From positions 105,154,001-105,218,000 of the forward strand of contig NC_045696.1 of the NCBI RefSeq assembly GCF_009834535.1: a DNA stretch of 64,000 nucleotides, written 5' to 3'. The stretch is from Camelus ferus. Lineage: Eukaryota. The translations under genes were made by a program, and so were the position numbers. Of the stretch, positions 63,630 to 64,000 are shown piece by piece (position 1 is the stretch's first letter; each line of letters starts with the position of its first letter). A model generated the notes under the pieces. It did not search any database, was not told the origin of the DNA, and saw only the letters and a list, made by a program, of their open reading frames with translations.

Positions 63630-64000
63630 CAGGAGTTTATTCTTTGTAAATAAATAGCTCTTACATAGGAATAAAAAAATCCAAACAACCCAGTTAAAAC
63701 TGGTCAGTGAACATTATTAGGCAGTATACCAAAGAAGAATCTAAACAGACTGATAAACTTGAGAAAAGCTGCTCAGCATCACTAATAATCAATGCAAATG
63801 CAAGTAAAACATAAACACCACAGGGTGATAAGCACCACGAGGGCAGCTGCTGTGGCTGCTTGAGCACCACAGAGTTGCCATCATCTGTCACTGGGCTTAT
63901 GATTGATGCTCAATAAACAGCTGTTGTGGAGGGAAGTCACATTAGCCCATGAAGCTGGCAAAGATGAAAGACTGTCGACATTCAGTACTGGAGGGACAGG
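63630..64000 (+). mobile_element. Ancient L1 ORF2-region remnant
   Basis: Degenerate AACAACCCAGTTAAAA...ACCAAAGAAGAA...GAAAAGCTGCTCAGCATCACTAATAATC...ATGCAAGTAAAAC, the same L1 region as 49060-49242 but sense and more decayed. Confidence 0.7.

Overview
Eukaryotic (mammalian) genomic DNA, most likely a camelid, judged from five copies of a tRNA-derived SINE resembling the camelid Vic-1 family and from young L1 3' ends. The window holds the 5' half of NMNAT3 (NMN adenylyltransferase 3) on the + strand. There are ~17.5 kb of repeat-rich upstream DNA, a CpG-island promoter with a candidate first exon ending at a CAG|GTAAGC donor (17958), and a candidate 256-nt leader exon (22392-22647). A possible internal GC-box promoter lies near 30.75 kb. 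The first clearly coding exon has its ATG at 62436 and donor at 62544 ([37 protein letters not shown]). The rest is intron or intergenic sequence with L1, L2, MIR, MaLR, ERV1 solo LTRs, MER5 and microsatellites. Almost all ORF-track entries are spurious. The most interesting observations concern the NMNAT3 leader: (i) the upstream exons can be spliced into one stop-free frame continuous with the enzyme, with a CUG in good context, suggesting a possible non-AUG N-terminal extension; (ii) two uORFs, one of whose stop codons overlaps the main ATG; (iii) tandem acceptors 4 nt apart that switch frame. No prokaryote-type system (CRISPR, operon) is present. Repeat family names were assigned by eye and boundaries of old repeats are approximate.
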